This document shows positions 22,101 to 31,477 of a stretch of 64,000 nucleotides of DNA, piece after piece. How positions within the stretch are numbered: position 1 is the stretch's first letter; each line of letters opens with the position of its first letter. Origin of the DNA: an uncultured delta proteobacterium (GTDB taxonomy: Bacteria > Desulfobacterota > Binatia > UBA9968). The stretch lies in contig CAVUVW010000013.1 in the NCBI GenBank assembly GCA_963745035.1, forward strand, positions 512,001 through 576,000, written 5' to 3'. Position numbers and translations under genes: made by a program. The notes beneath the pieces were generated by a model that searched no databases, was not told the DNA's origin, and saw only the letters and a program-made list of their open reading frames with translations.

Positions 22101-22273
22101 TAGATCGCTTCGATGAACGTGGGCACATCATTCGGTGTGTTGTAGTCGATGAAGACGATCTCGTCGTGCTCGCCGGACAACATTTCAGCGATGCAGTTTA
22201 GGCTGATGGCCGCGCGTTTGGTGAGGTTATAGCCGTACGAATCGTTACGTCCGTAAAGAATAACAGAGAGCAT
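19151..22273 (-). CDS. large putative glycosyltransferase with three tandem C-terminal beta-sandwich repeats
   Basis: SVILYGRNDSYG and STNTD N-terminus as in the 6533 gene; three IDFT...W...G.W..G.EA repeats. Confidence 0.75.
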   Translation of the reverse strand: MLSVILYGRNDSYGYNLTKRAAISLNCIAEMLSGEHDEIVFIDYNTPNDVPTFIEAIYDTLTPRARRVLRVLRVRPEVHHRLYGTRTHLAALEAICRNIGVRRSNPQNRWILSTNTDMIFVPRNREYDLTSTVSDLADGHYILPRFELPEPVWESFPRTDPAAIIRACNELGAALHLNEVTLAHPYMRFDNPGDAQFLPRQTLFDIFGFDERLIHGWHVDSNMCKRLFLLYGVTGSLADRLKGYHCDHTRTPTLAHRLDFRIESDPHEFVYNIENPYAQHQSDAWGLPEDAIEEIDFGNGPPARFVPVVQRTLGMPQDHDYHSDSNELRNYLFYQPEHVLPYVAANLTVYPRDVRLLYIGNNPRLLTLLATCFRDLGFIRPLGWVPDLMCPPLPELADGMAATIEYGPEDPSFIRSLITNHDVLIFDFGLDAARLPSSNVVRVTDWPPEQRYRLGAIARCLASCAEECHTVSRSTPSSSLPDFLVVNPNHHPFDQFVSQFLLTTKTPYNTRVRKGRARVGDERLYRSHRWKLTEETMQSFFGYDLQDGSVPPLAPGDSIDFTSLASSSRYKDGGWGVVDHTGTWIDGPEAVVLLSIDPAVETDLIAYVYVTETFLGPEEVPISVNVWFENEHIAKWLSASRYSCYTSRLILPQRLLAGKPLTRLVFKIENPQSYAAVARHRGEEMIGEDPRELSIKIHNLSLHGIEDAHYHLGSPIDFTAEGRGAFHTDSCWGTPDNYGTWTLGPEASLIMYLGELAPDKVVSAVFTISDAMVSEQFPNLDVDVLFNDENVDKWVLGYRDTHERKVKVKPEVLKRRQPLSISFHIRTPRTPKQLNWSGDSRPLGFRLTGFRIEPLVAPVYQMGQVIDFTDKGNAAPYLEAGWSARDEYGCWTLGTEATLTLRLDPRPDGPTSLSVFVSDIMVDLTAPTLPVEVMADGKMLAKWTMGPDRTPHQRTVELPPEVIPLDGSLSLVIRVATPRTPASMGWSGDTRPLGIRLTRAVIGGRGLLDLVARGWAALLGRSRTETSQSQPEDKDVSLTK

Positions 22274-22405
22274 AGGCGGTGTAGCTCGCTACGGTTAGAT
22301 CATGGTAGACAAAGACAGTATCCAATGACGATGTATTGTGTCAACTCAATGGGATCCGCGGTGAGGAGATGATTTGCACGGGCTTGAGCTGCGGCGCGCG
22401 CCACT

Positions 22406-23779
22406 TCATTCAGCTGACTCGTTCATTCCCAAACCCACACATCGTTTCAGACGGAACCAGATCCGGCGTAGCTTCCAAAACTTGCTGCTCTCCATGGACG
22501 TGATTTTTGCCAAAGCTTGCCTCGCCTCCTCCTGCGCCGTTCCCAGGCTCTGCCGGGTCTGTACGAGCTGTGTCGAGGTGGCGGCGTGATCGTCCCGGGC
22601 TTGCCTCGCCTCCTCTAGCGCCATGCGCAGGGTCTGCCGAGTCTGTTCGAGCTCTGCCTGTGCGACTTGCTCCCGCGCTGCGTAATCGTCACGCTCGCGC
22701 TGAAGTTCAGCGGCGGCGGCTCGCAAGCGACCATGCTCTGTGAATGTGGAGTTTTGAGCGAAAAAAATCGGATCATGGGATTCGAATCGCCGAAGATACT
22801 CACGGTAGGTGAGTGGACGCTCGATGGGACCTTGGGCTTGGGCCGCAAGCAAGTCCAAGATGCGCTCGACGTCACAGGAGTCGCTCAGCCTCTCTCTGAA
22901 CCGGAGAGTGATCTCAGCCGCGCAGTCCGGCAGGTTGAAAGCCGCAAAAATGCAGATCAGTTTGAGCAACTTCGCCAACGGCAGTCGCGCCGCGAATTCA
23001 TCCTGCTCGTGCCTGCCAAGGTCCCGGATGTAAAGGGCGTCCCCTAAAAGGGGGCGACCGAACTCAGTCTCAGCGGGGAAGTTCGACACGTACGGAGATG
23101 GTAAGGAGGCAAGCGAGTACCGCCGGACGGTCGTGCCAAACAACTCGAATCCACGTGCTTTCATGAATCTGTCAACGTTGTGAAAGCTGTAGTCGGTGTC
23201 CGCGGCCGAACCGAAGTAGTTCACTTCGATCCCAACGCCAAGTACGCCCAGTGTCTCGAAGGCCAAATCGAACGAGTTCAGAATCTCGAAGTCGGGCCCA
23301 TCGACGTCGATTTTCAGAAAATCGACGCTGTGGATCCCGCTGTCAGTGAGGTATGCCGGCGCCACGATCACTTCCTTGGAGAGCTTCGTCTCCGGCGCCA
23401 ATGCCGCCACGCCCATCTGCGGCGGCAATGTTTGCCCGCGAGATCTCATTAGCTCAAGCGACTTCACAACGCTCAGTCGAAACCACGGGCTACGTTCCAA
23501 GGGGTCTCGGCCCGCCTTTCGTAAAGCAAAGGGATGATCTGCGGGCAGGCCGGCGAACGCAGCCACATACTGGACTCCTGGATGTGTTTCTGAGCTTCGG
23601 AGCCGGTCGACCTCAGCAACATTTGGGTCGATTGCTAGCGTTCGCAACCGGGGCCCAAAACTTCTCCAGACCTCGTCGATCCCTCCGCTACAACCGATGT
23701 CGATCAGCATAAACTCGCTTAGCAAAGGTATCTGAGACAGGTAGCTGATTACCGGTACGTAGTTGGCAGTTCCTTCCAT
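22406..23779 (-). CDS. FkbM-family methyltransferase with C-terminal coiled coil
   Basis: IDIGCSGG, VDFLKIDVDG, GIEV; heptad tail ending in ESSKFWKLR. Confidence 0.85.
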   Translation of the reverse strand: MEGTANYVPVISYLSQIPLLSEFMLIDIGCSGGIDEVWRSFGPRLRTLAIDPNVAEVDRLRSSETHPGVQYVAAFAGLPADHPFALRKAGRDPLERSPWFRLSVVKSLELMRSRGQTLPPQMGVAALAPETKLSKEVIVAPAYLTDSGIHSVDFLKIDVDGPDFEILNSFDLAFETLGVLGVGIEVNYFGSAADTDYSFHNVDRFMKARGFELFGTTVRRYSLASLPSPYVSNFPAETEFGRPLLGDALYIRDLGRHEQDEFAARLPLAKLLKLICIFAAFNLPDCAAEITLRFRERLSDSCDVERILDLLAAQAQGPIERPLTYREYLRRFESHDPIFFAQNSTFTEHGRLRAAAAELQRERDDYAAREQVAQAELEQTRQTLRMALEEARQARDDHAATSTQLVQTRQSLGTAQEEARQALAKITSMESSKFWKLRRIWFRLKRCVGLGMNESAE

Positions 23780-23856
23780 CGCTCACTTCGGCTCGATGCC
23801 GAGTTTGAATACCACACCGCGAAGTTTCGTCACCAGTTCGTTACAATAATTTGTAT

Positions 23857-25788
23857 TTAGGAGCGAAAGGCTCCGTAAGGACACGAATCGCACACAGGCA
23901 AATGTTGGTCTGTGGTCAGTGTACGCCGGACTAGTTTAAACCCGTCTGCGTTGTAAGCCTCGAGCACCGGCTTATCCTTCAAGTTTGACCGCCTCTCACC
24001 GGGCACAGTCTCCATATAGCAGCAAATCGAGAGGTCAAGCGAGTGCTGGAACACGCTCAAGGTGGTATAGACCATAGGACAGTAGATTCGGCTTGGCTTG
24101 TATAGCCCAGGGGTTCTAGTTTTTTCTGAGTCAATGCCGGACGCCTGCGTCGCCGGGGTTTTCTCGGCGTCGAGTGTTGTGCTCGGCGCCTCCGGCGGCT
24201 GCACCGCTTCTGTAACCGCCAGATTTTCCTCTGCGGACTCGCCTTCTGCTGGCTCCGCGACGCCCGTCGAAACCCGCAGTCGTCCATAGCGATAGATTGC
24301 GCTTACCGGCGTATCTTTCGCACCTTGTCGAATTACGACGTCAATTAACCGGTCCTCTGCCAAGGCAAACTGCATCCGAGTGGTTTCAGACTGGAGTTCC
24401 TGTTGAACGACGAATTCATTTTTTTCAATATCCAGTATTCCCCCGTACAGTTGACCGGAAGAGATCTCGACCCGCAAGTCCAATATGTATTCGCCCGCGG
24501 GCAGTTCAAGGCGAGGGGTGCGAAGAAGGTAAGCCCAGCGACATGATTGCGGAGTGCCACGAAAACGCACCCCCTCGCTCTCACTTCCGGTAACCTCGGC
24601 GTACTTTTCATGGGGCACAAGAACCACTTGCCGGTTGTTCACCCGGACACAAAGCGCTTCCAACTTCGGGTTACTGTAGGTCGTCGGGACCGAACCAGCT
24701 TGGAAAACTGCCGCGCTCTGCTCATCTGTCGAAAGCTGGAGCGGGTAGGAGCGAAGCGATGGACTGACGGGCAAGAGCCACTGATCGGGGCTAGCGATGA
24801 TACGAAAACCCATCCTGCGATACAACACGATCGCCTTCGTCGCCTTCTCCACTAGTTCTCGTGCATTTGGCAGACGACCACACCAAACGTCGAGGTACTG
24901 ATCGGTTCGACCGAAACCCCAGTCTGGGCTCGTGAGTGGCAGGAGCGCATTAAGCTGGAAGTTCTCGACCCCCTTTTTTACGAAGAGATCAAGAAACTGC
25001 GGGACTTCCGCCAAGGAGTGACGAGTAACCACCATTGACACCTTGAGGAGACCAGGTGACGTCTCGGGAAGATTACGCCAGTCCGGATCAGCCAATATGT
25101 TTTCAATATTGGCCACTACTCGATCAAATGTGCCTGGTTTAGAGCCCATGGCGATCTGGTGAGTTTGGTCCGTGGCCGCGTTGACCGACACCTGGATATG
25201 GCTGATTCGCAATGACTTCAACAACTCCCAGCGATGGCCGGACAGCAACCAGCCGTTGGTAATAATCTCCAAGTGCGCGACCGGGTTCAGGTGCTTTTTA
25301 ATCTCCGTGGCGATTTCCTCGAATTGCGGATGGGCCAAAGGCTCGCCGAGACCCTGCAAGCTAATGCAAACGGCATAGCGAAGCGCGTCAGCAAAATGTT
25401 CCAACTCATGCACGGCGAACGCTTTCGGACTGGGCACTAGAGGCGAGCTGCAGAAGGTACATATCGCGTTGCATACCTCCGTCATAGGAATCGTGATGTT
25501 CCAAGGGTAGGAGGTAAGCTCCTCCACACCGTGCTCGTACTCCCAGAGATTCACCACGTAGTTGGCCCAAACGTCCGCACCCTCTACCGGTTGGCCTAGA
25601 TAGTATGCGCGCAGCGCCTCTCGGTCGTATCGCCGAATATGTTCCATAAACGCTGTGCGCTCGTAAACTAAAGGATTAGGGGACAGCTGCTCTATGGAGC
25701 GTACTCTGTCCAGCGACACCGAGGAAAGTTTCAAGAGCATCCCAGGATCGATTCGGAATAGTCTTCGCCACATTGACCTCATATCCAC
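23857..25788 (-). CDS. radical SAM / SPASM-twitch domain protein
   Basis: CNAICTFC (CxxxCxxC), GLGEP, ITNG; C-terminal CP...ICC...CDSC. Confidence 0.9.
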   Translation of the reverse strand: MDMRSMWRRLFRIDPGMLLKLSSVSLDRVRSIEQLSPNPLVYERTAFMEHIRRYDREALRAYYLGQPVEGADVWANYVVNLWEYEHGVEELTSYPWNITIPMTEVCNAICTFCSSPLVPSPKAFAVHELEHFADALRYAVCISLQGLGEPLAHPQFEEIATEIKKHLNPVAHLEIITNGWLLSGHRWELLKSLRISHIQVSVNAATDQTHQIAMGSKPGTFDRVVANIENILADPDWRNLPETSPGLLKVSMVVTRHSLAEVPQFLDLFVKKGVENFQLNALLPLTSPDWGFGRTDQYLDVWCGRLPNARELVEKATKAIVLYRRMGFRIIASPDQWLLPVSPSLRSYPLQLSTDEQSAAVFQAGSVPTTYSNPKLEALCVRVNNRQVVLVPHEKYAEVTGSESEGVRFRGTPQSCRWAYLLRTPRLELPAGEYILDLRVEISSGQLYGGILDIEKNEFVVQQELQSETTRMQFALAEDRLIDVVIRQGAKDTPVSAIYRYGRLRVSTGVAEPAEGESAEENLAVTEAVQPPEAPSTTLDAEKTPATQASGIDSEKTRTPGLYKPSRIYCPMVYTTLSVFQHSLDLSICCYMETVPGERRSNLKDKPVLEAYNADGFKLVRRTLTTDQHLPVCDSCPYGAFRS

Positions 25789-26029
25789 CTCAGTTCACGT
25801 TTGGCCTCTCCGGATGAATGGCAAGCCAATAAGCAACAGTGAAGACCAAGAGGCCGCTCGTTCTTATAGGATTTTTATAAATTCCGTTCCGGTTTCCATT
25901 TATTGCATATCCAAACAGCCCTTGTATACTCTGTCGACAATTTTTAAGACGTTTCCTTTTTCTTTTCACAAATCCGTACAACGGCTACTTATGAGTGAAA
26001 CGGTGAGAATCTGATGGATCTTGCTACAG

Positions 26030-26401
26030 CCCCGTGGAACAAGAGACAAAGCCATAGGTCGGGCTAAAGAACGGCTGGCAACTCTTTAGGGTGTTGTTGA
26101 TTCGCCAGGCGATCTGGATTCGGGAACATACATCCAGTTATATGCTTTTTGTTTAGAGTTTGCCCGTGATCTTGAAATCGGTCGTCGGTATAACAACTCT
26201 ATCTGCGTTTTTATGCAGGCGGCGAATGACCTCGGAAACACTAAGGTCCTGAGTATTGACTATGGCCGGGATTGGAGTAACCGGACAGTTTCACGGCTAA
26301 AGAAAACAGTGTCGCGAAAATGGTTGACCTACTACCGGTGGGGCGTCCCAGTAGAAAAAGATTGGTTTTCGGAAATGAATAACTCCGAATGTTTAACTTA
26401 A
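26030..26401 (+). pseudogene. degraded methyltransferase-like fragment
   Basis: Manual translation LEIGRRYNNSICVFMQAANDLGNTKVLSID resembles SAM motif I; frame broken upstream. Confidence 0.35.
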
Positions 26402-26422
26402 AGAAAGTCCGCTTTTAACAGT

Positions 26423-27692
26423 ATGCGTTCGAAACTTCGCAAATTCGCTTTTTATTTGATTCTCGTAGTTTTTGCTTTTGTTGCGACGCTCTTTGTCGGC
26501 GAGCTTGGTGTCACGGTTTATCATATCGTCCGTGACGGCAAGTATATTTCCCCGGGGGATCGGCTCGCGGCCGAGAAGAACGCTTACGTCGAGGAGGCTC
26601 GAGCGCAGACAAGCAAAGGCTGCGGCTATGGAGATAGCCTTATCGTCCATCCCTATCTGGCTTACGTGCAGACGGCTCTGGGACCGTGTGGTTTCCGTTA
26701 TGCCAACAGCAAGAGTTTACTCGGTAAAGAGTTTCCCGACAGGCCACGGCCTAGAACCGGTATCATACTTCTCACCGGTGGCTCTGTTGCTGCGCAGTTC
26801 GTCGGGTATGACCGAAAAATAGAGAGTCCACTCGAACGTATTCTTAACGCGGAGTTCACCGGTGATCGTTTCGACCGGTTCATCGTTCTTAACGGCGGAC
26901 GCGGAGCATGGAAACAACCCAACCAGTACATTTTATTTGGACTTTACGCGGACATTCTTGCTGGTGTCATCACGCTCGACGGCTTCAATGAGCACTATAT
27001 GATCAACTCTCGGCGGAGATTCGAAGAGCCTGCCAATCTCTATCTCCAACTCGTTCAACGCCTAGATCCTCGTGTGACCGCAGCTCCGCTCACCATGGCC
27101 GCGCTCAAGCTGGACGCCGACCTTTACCGATTCGCTTCCAGTCATGCCATTTTCCACGTGTCGAATCTCGCCTATTTCGTGGTTGATGCTGTACGCAGGA
27201 GGCTACGCCACTACGCCTCTCACACACCAAAGCTCTCGATCCCTGCTGAAGACGACTGGGTCAAGACCTCGTATGCACAGATGTTCGCCTTGCACGATGA
27301 AATGACGCCAGAGGAAAGCAAAATCTGGTCGCTCGCGGCAATATGAAAAGTACATTCGCCTGATGCATGGGGGAGCCGAAGCTCTCGGTATTAAGAGCCT
27401 CTTTCTCCTTCAACCGATCCCTGGTTCGGGAAAGCCGCTCACCGAGCGGGAAAGGAAATTCACTCAGGGCACTGATCGGAAAGTGTACAAAGAAATGACC
27501 GACCATATGGTGGGTTTGCGCGAGCAGTTTGGGATTCCGGTCTATAGCTTGCTCGACGTGTTTCAAGACACGAAAGAAGAGATCTACAAAGACCACGCTC
27601 ATGTCAATCAACTAGGTGATGAGATCATGGCCAGGCGAGTCGCAGATTTGATTGCAGAGGTTTGGGGCTGGCCACGCAAGCGGGTGCAATAA
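26423..27692 (+). CDS. membrane-anchored SGNH/GDSL hydrolase-like protein (one +1 frameshift near 27340)
   Basis: N-terminal TM helix, LTGGSVA, LDGFNE, DHAH; split ORFs total 3n+1. Confidence 0.75.
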
Positions 27693-27900
27693 CTTGCCAG
27701 AGCAGAGCCGCACCTCAACGTTAAAATGACAGGGTGAACGCGCCCGCTACGAGCTGCCGGCTTTAGCCAGCGGCACTCTTTCACGGCTCCCTCTGAGCGG
27801 CCACATACGCCTCCGGATCAATATAAACTGAATATTTCAGGTGACCTCAAAAAGATGTCGCGCAAATTTTTCACGAACCCGTATGAACGTCTTGAATCTG

Positions 27901-28227
27901 GCAAAGTAATGGCAAAGCGGAAAAAATTTCCGTGAATTCTCAATTAGTTACACGTGCTAAGAGAATCACCAATCCTCGTGTCGGGTGGGGTCGACAGGCC
28001 GTATCTGTAATCGCCACGTCCGCGACTGCTCGCGCCGACTGCCTACTGAAGAGACAACAAAGAAACTACTGCAACGAGGGATTTCCCATCGTCCCGGATC
28101 GTCACTCGGGAAGCCCAGAGCAAACCAGTACAGAATCAATGCACCCGACACGAGGATTCGCAATTCTCGTAGCACCTATAACTAGTAGAAAACAAAGAGA
28201 GATTTCTTAACTTTGCCATTACTTTGC
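27901..28227. repeat. 17-bp inverted repeat GCAAAGTAATGGCAAAG / CTTTGCCATTACTTTGC
   Basis: 27901-27917 is the exact reverse complement of 28211-28227; each arm contains GCAAAG twice; adjacent to tRNA fragment B. Confidence 0.7.
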
Positions 28228-28274
28228 TGATCAAAATTCCCGCTCAAAATCGAATAGATTTCACTTGAAAAGAA

Positions 28275-28320
28275 TGGAGCCACCCGCCGGAGTCGAACCG
28301 GCGACCTACTGATTACGAAT
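28275..28320 (-). repeat. 3' half of tRNA-Thr(CGT), att-like direct repeat, copy B
   Basis: Minus strand ATTCGTAATCAGTAGGTCGCCGGTTCGACTCCGGCGGGTGGCTCCA; 5' half absent. Confidence 0.88.
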
Positions 28321-29288
28321 GCGGTCAGGAAAAAAAAGCCGTAATTTTGCCCCGATAAAGCCACCAGGACCTAGCCTGAACAAGCCCGGTTTTCTCAGCC
28401 GGACGTGACGGTTTCGGATGCCCGGGCCAGCTTCGCCGCCCTGCCGGTGAAAGCCGTCCGAGACGATCCCCGACCTACTGATTGACCGTTAGTGTGACAC
28501 AGCCCCACCGATGTGAAGTCTCGGGACTGGGTGAGTGAGATTTAGAGCCTTAAATCGAAACCTGCGGCGGCAACAGGAGCGGTTTTTATCGGAATCGCTG
28601 GACTGGCGTCAGAGCTGACAGGGGCTGACAGGAGTGAGAGCGGATCGACAACGTCTCGCAACGGGCCGTCCGGCGTGCAGAGCTGGAGACAATCATGAGA
28701 ACACTGCCAGGGCTGGCTAGCCGCCCATGACAGCTCTGGCTCGTTTGCCAGATCAGCCCGGCGACCGCTGGATCTGGCAGTAGCGGATCGCGCCGAGGTC
28801 GAGCAACATTCACGCAGACGTATGGGTTTCAGGAATACACAGCCTGAATTCCTGGTCCGTGAAACTCAGGTCAGCACTCTCTCCAGACTCTAAACTCTCG
28901 GTGCTATCAGAAACTCCCTGGTCCATCGAACCTCTTCCAGCCAAAAAAGCCGTAAACGTCGCCGGTAGATCGACCGGTGCTGATCTGGAAGAGTGTGTCG
29001 GCAGTGAGCGACGGAAGTTCCGGTCACGCTTGGATGTGCTTTAAGTCGATTGTTGGACGCAATGGAGGCCGGTTCAATGCAGGTCTGAATCGATGGGCTA
29101 CTTGTGAGACGTTCAGACCTGAAAAGCTGAAAGTAGCTGAGAGGACGTGCAACGCTGCATGGCCAAGACAGCTTTGGCAGCATGGCAAGCTTTCAGACCG
29201 ATTTGAGCAATGACGAGGCGCTGATTAGCCAGTCGCGTCAGATCGATTCCCGCCCCTTTCAGCACCGGGGAACTGCACACGAAAAAAT

Positions 29289-29606
29289 TCATCTTCTTCT
29301 CTTCTTGGTGACTCCCTCGGTTCCCTTTAGCCAAGCAATAAAACGATCTTCACCGTCGTCAAGCAACTCATCGGTGTAGTCGTCCCATGTCTTCGGGTCT
29401 TTACCAAGGGGTTTGTAAAACCTATCTAATGCTGGGAGTCGCCTCATGCCGGTCGATTCGAGGACCCAGTTTTTACGACCAAGACTAATCTCCCATGCGC
29501 CGTGGCGGTATCCCTTGCGGTGAAAAACCATCCGACCACCGAGACGTTTAACAATGCTCCGTAGATTGCCGTAGTCTTCTTTTTCTTTCATGGCTTCCTG
29601 TATCAC
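29289..29606 (-). CDS. hypothetical protein
   Basis: 105-aa ORF with protein-like composition. Confidence 0.45.
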   Translation of the reverse strand: MIQEAMKEKEDYGNLRSIVKRLGGRMVFHRKGYRHGAWEISLGRKNWVLESTGMRRLPALDRFYKPLGKDPKTWDDYTDELLDDGEDRFIAWLKGTEGVTKKRRR

Positions 29607-29615
29607 GAGTACAGT

Positions 29616-30567
29616 TCATGCTGCGCCGACCTGCGGAAGAACGTCCGTCGCAAACCGTTTTAGCTGTAGTTTCTGATCCGGGCTACCAAAGCGGACTATA
29701 ATGCTCTGTGCGCCAGCCGCAATGAAAGCTCTTGAGCCAAGCTGCACAGTCTTCCGCCGATCCTGCACAGAGTCCGTTGCGAGTCGCCATGACCTCATAC
29801 GGAACGCCATAGTAGCTTTCGATAAACGTTCGCAGGTCACTTCGCGCTTGGCCGGTATCACTGTTGATATTAATCGTCGTATACAAACAGCGATGTAGGT
29901 CTTGTGTGTTTCGTCCGATCTCTAGGCCCAAAGTTTGGAGATGCTCCCAATCCGTTGCAAATGACTGAGGCGACGAGGAAATCGGCAACCAACCGTCAGC
30001 CAACCTAAGAACGCGGCGAAGAGCATTATCGCCGCTCCCTGCGATCCAGAGCGGAACCCCAGATTTCCGCACAGGCCGAAGTCCCAATTTCACGGACCGG
30101 GTCTGAAAGTAACGCCCTTCAAAGGTTACCTCCGCTTCAGACCACAGTCGTCGCATGAGCGTAATAGTTTCCTCAAATAGTCCAATCCGATGATTGATAG
30201 CTACGCCACAAGAGGCGAATTCGTGCGCGACGCTAGGATTATTGGCACCGATGCCCACCCCGAGAATAAGCCGCCCATTAGCAATGAGATCCACATTCGC
30301 AACCTCATTCGCCAAAAGCACTGGATGCCGGAGCATCGGGAGAAGGACGGCGGTGCCGAGTTCTACGCGCTTGGTGCGGGCCGCAACGGCGGCAAGTGTG
30401 CTCAAAGGCTCAAATCTGGGCCGGGCGAGAATGCTATCCCCGACCCACACGGATTCAAATCCCAGCTCTTCTGCATATTCTGCGAGATCAATGATCTGAG
30501 AAAAACGCGGAACTTTAGCTGTCATGACAACTTCGCGGGTTGGAAGCAGAAATCCAAAAGCTGTCAT
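29616..30567 (-). CDS. LLM-class flavin-dependent oxidoreductase (one +1 frameshift near 29730)
   Basis: AEELGFESVWVGD, LGTAVL, GRLILGVGIG; C-terminus QLKRFATDVLP in the adjacent frame. Confidence 0.88.
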
Positions 30568-30615
30568 TGCTTTCCTCCTTCAGCGGTCAGAATGGAAACG
30601 AAAAACAAGCGTCTT

Positions 30616-31413
30616 CTATTTGGGCACCAACGCACCCTTGAGATTCGCCCGCTCAATCGCTTGCTGAATGAAGCCGCTCTTTTTCATTTCTTCGATGAAT
30701 TGGTTCGCGTAGGCAGCGCCCGCTGGTTTATCCTTTGGGTAGCCGATCGAAAACACTGTGATCATGTAGCTTCCTGGCACAATACGCCATCCCGGCAGTT
30801 CGGCTTGTGTGAGTGACAGTAGGTGAGTGAGATTACTGTAGGCGTCTGCCTCACCGTTCTTGAGCATTTCGACTACACGGTTCGCAGAACCAATCGCGAT
30901 CGGCACCCCAATGAGTTTGGCATTCTTGAGTGTTTGGCTGAGTTTCGCCTCCGCTACGCCCTTATCAGGCACAATGATTCGAAATCCCGGAACATCGGTA
31001 TCCTGCAATCCGCGAATCGGAGAGTTTTCTGGCACCAGAAAGCTTGTTTCATACTCGATGTAGGTCGGCCCAAAGTCTATTTGTGTCGCGAGTGGTTGTA
31101 AGGCAACCAAGAATGTTACATCGGCCCCGCCATTCTTTACTTGATCAACAGCGCCAGTGTTCGAGTTCACTGTTACGAACTCGACCTGTACGTTGAGCCG
31201 TTTGCCCAGTCCTCGACTGAGATCGACGACTACTCCCTTGAAATCTCCTGTCTCTTTATCGCGGACGGCGATGTGGGGTAGCGGCAAGAGAGCAACTCTA
31301 AGCTTGCCTGTAGGCGCAAGATCAGCCCGAGCCTGTGAGGGAACGTCTTGAGCCGCAACTCCAGGACCAGAGGACGCCACTGCGAAAACGATAAAGCGGG
31401 ATAGCCATTTCAT
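30616..31413 (-). CDS. ABC substrate-binding protein (family 3-like)
   Basis: Signal peptide, LAPTGKLRV, FIEEMKKSGFI. Confidence 0.8.
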   Translation of the reverse strand: MKWLSRFIVFAVASSGPGVAAQDVPSQARADLAPTGKLRVALLPLPHIAVRDKETGDFKGVVVDLSRGLGKRLNVQVEFVTVNSNTGAVDQVKNGGADVTFLVALQPLATQIDFGPTYIEYETSFLVPENSPIRGLQDTDVPGFRIIVPDKGVAEAKLSQTLKNAKLIGVPIAIGSANRVVEMLKNGEADAYSNLTHLLSLTQAELPGWRIVPGSYMITVFSIGYPKDKPAGAAYANQFIEEMKKSGFIQQAIERANLKGALVPK

Positions 31414-31477
31414 AGACTTCTCCTTCGCGCCTTCGCCATTGCGTGTGGCCGGACGTTGGACGCCGATAGCGGCTTCT

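Larger units (their letters stand above)
4077..28320. mobile_element. putative genomic island carrying a surface polysaccharide locus
   Basis: Bounded by two direct-orientation tRNA-Thr 3' fragments; pseudogene debris near both ends; no intact integrase inside. Confidence 0.6.

Noticed and set aside
27971-27995. AATCCTCGTGTCGGGTGG resembling a tRNA-Phe 3' fragment
   Set aside because: Match is short and no T arm or CCA can be formed
4077-28320. Functional tRNA-Thr genes at 4077 or 28275
   Set aside because: Only the 3' halves are present; no D arm or 5' acceptor strand follows
29140-29225. Possible cytochrome c remnant (LHGQDSFGSMASFQTDLSNDE)
   Set aside because: No CxxCH motif and flanked by stops; similarity too weak
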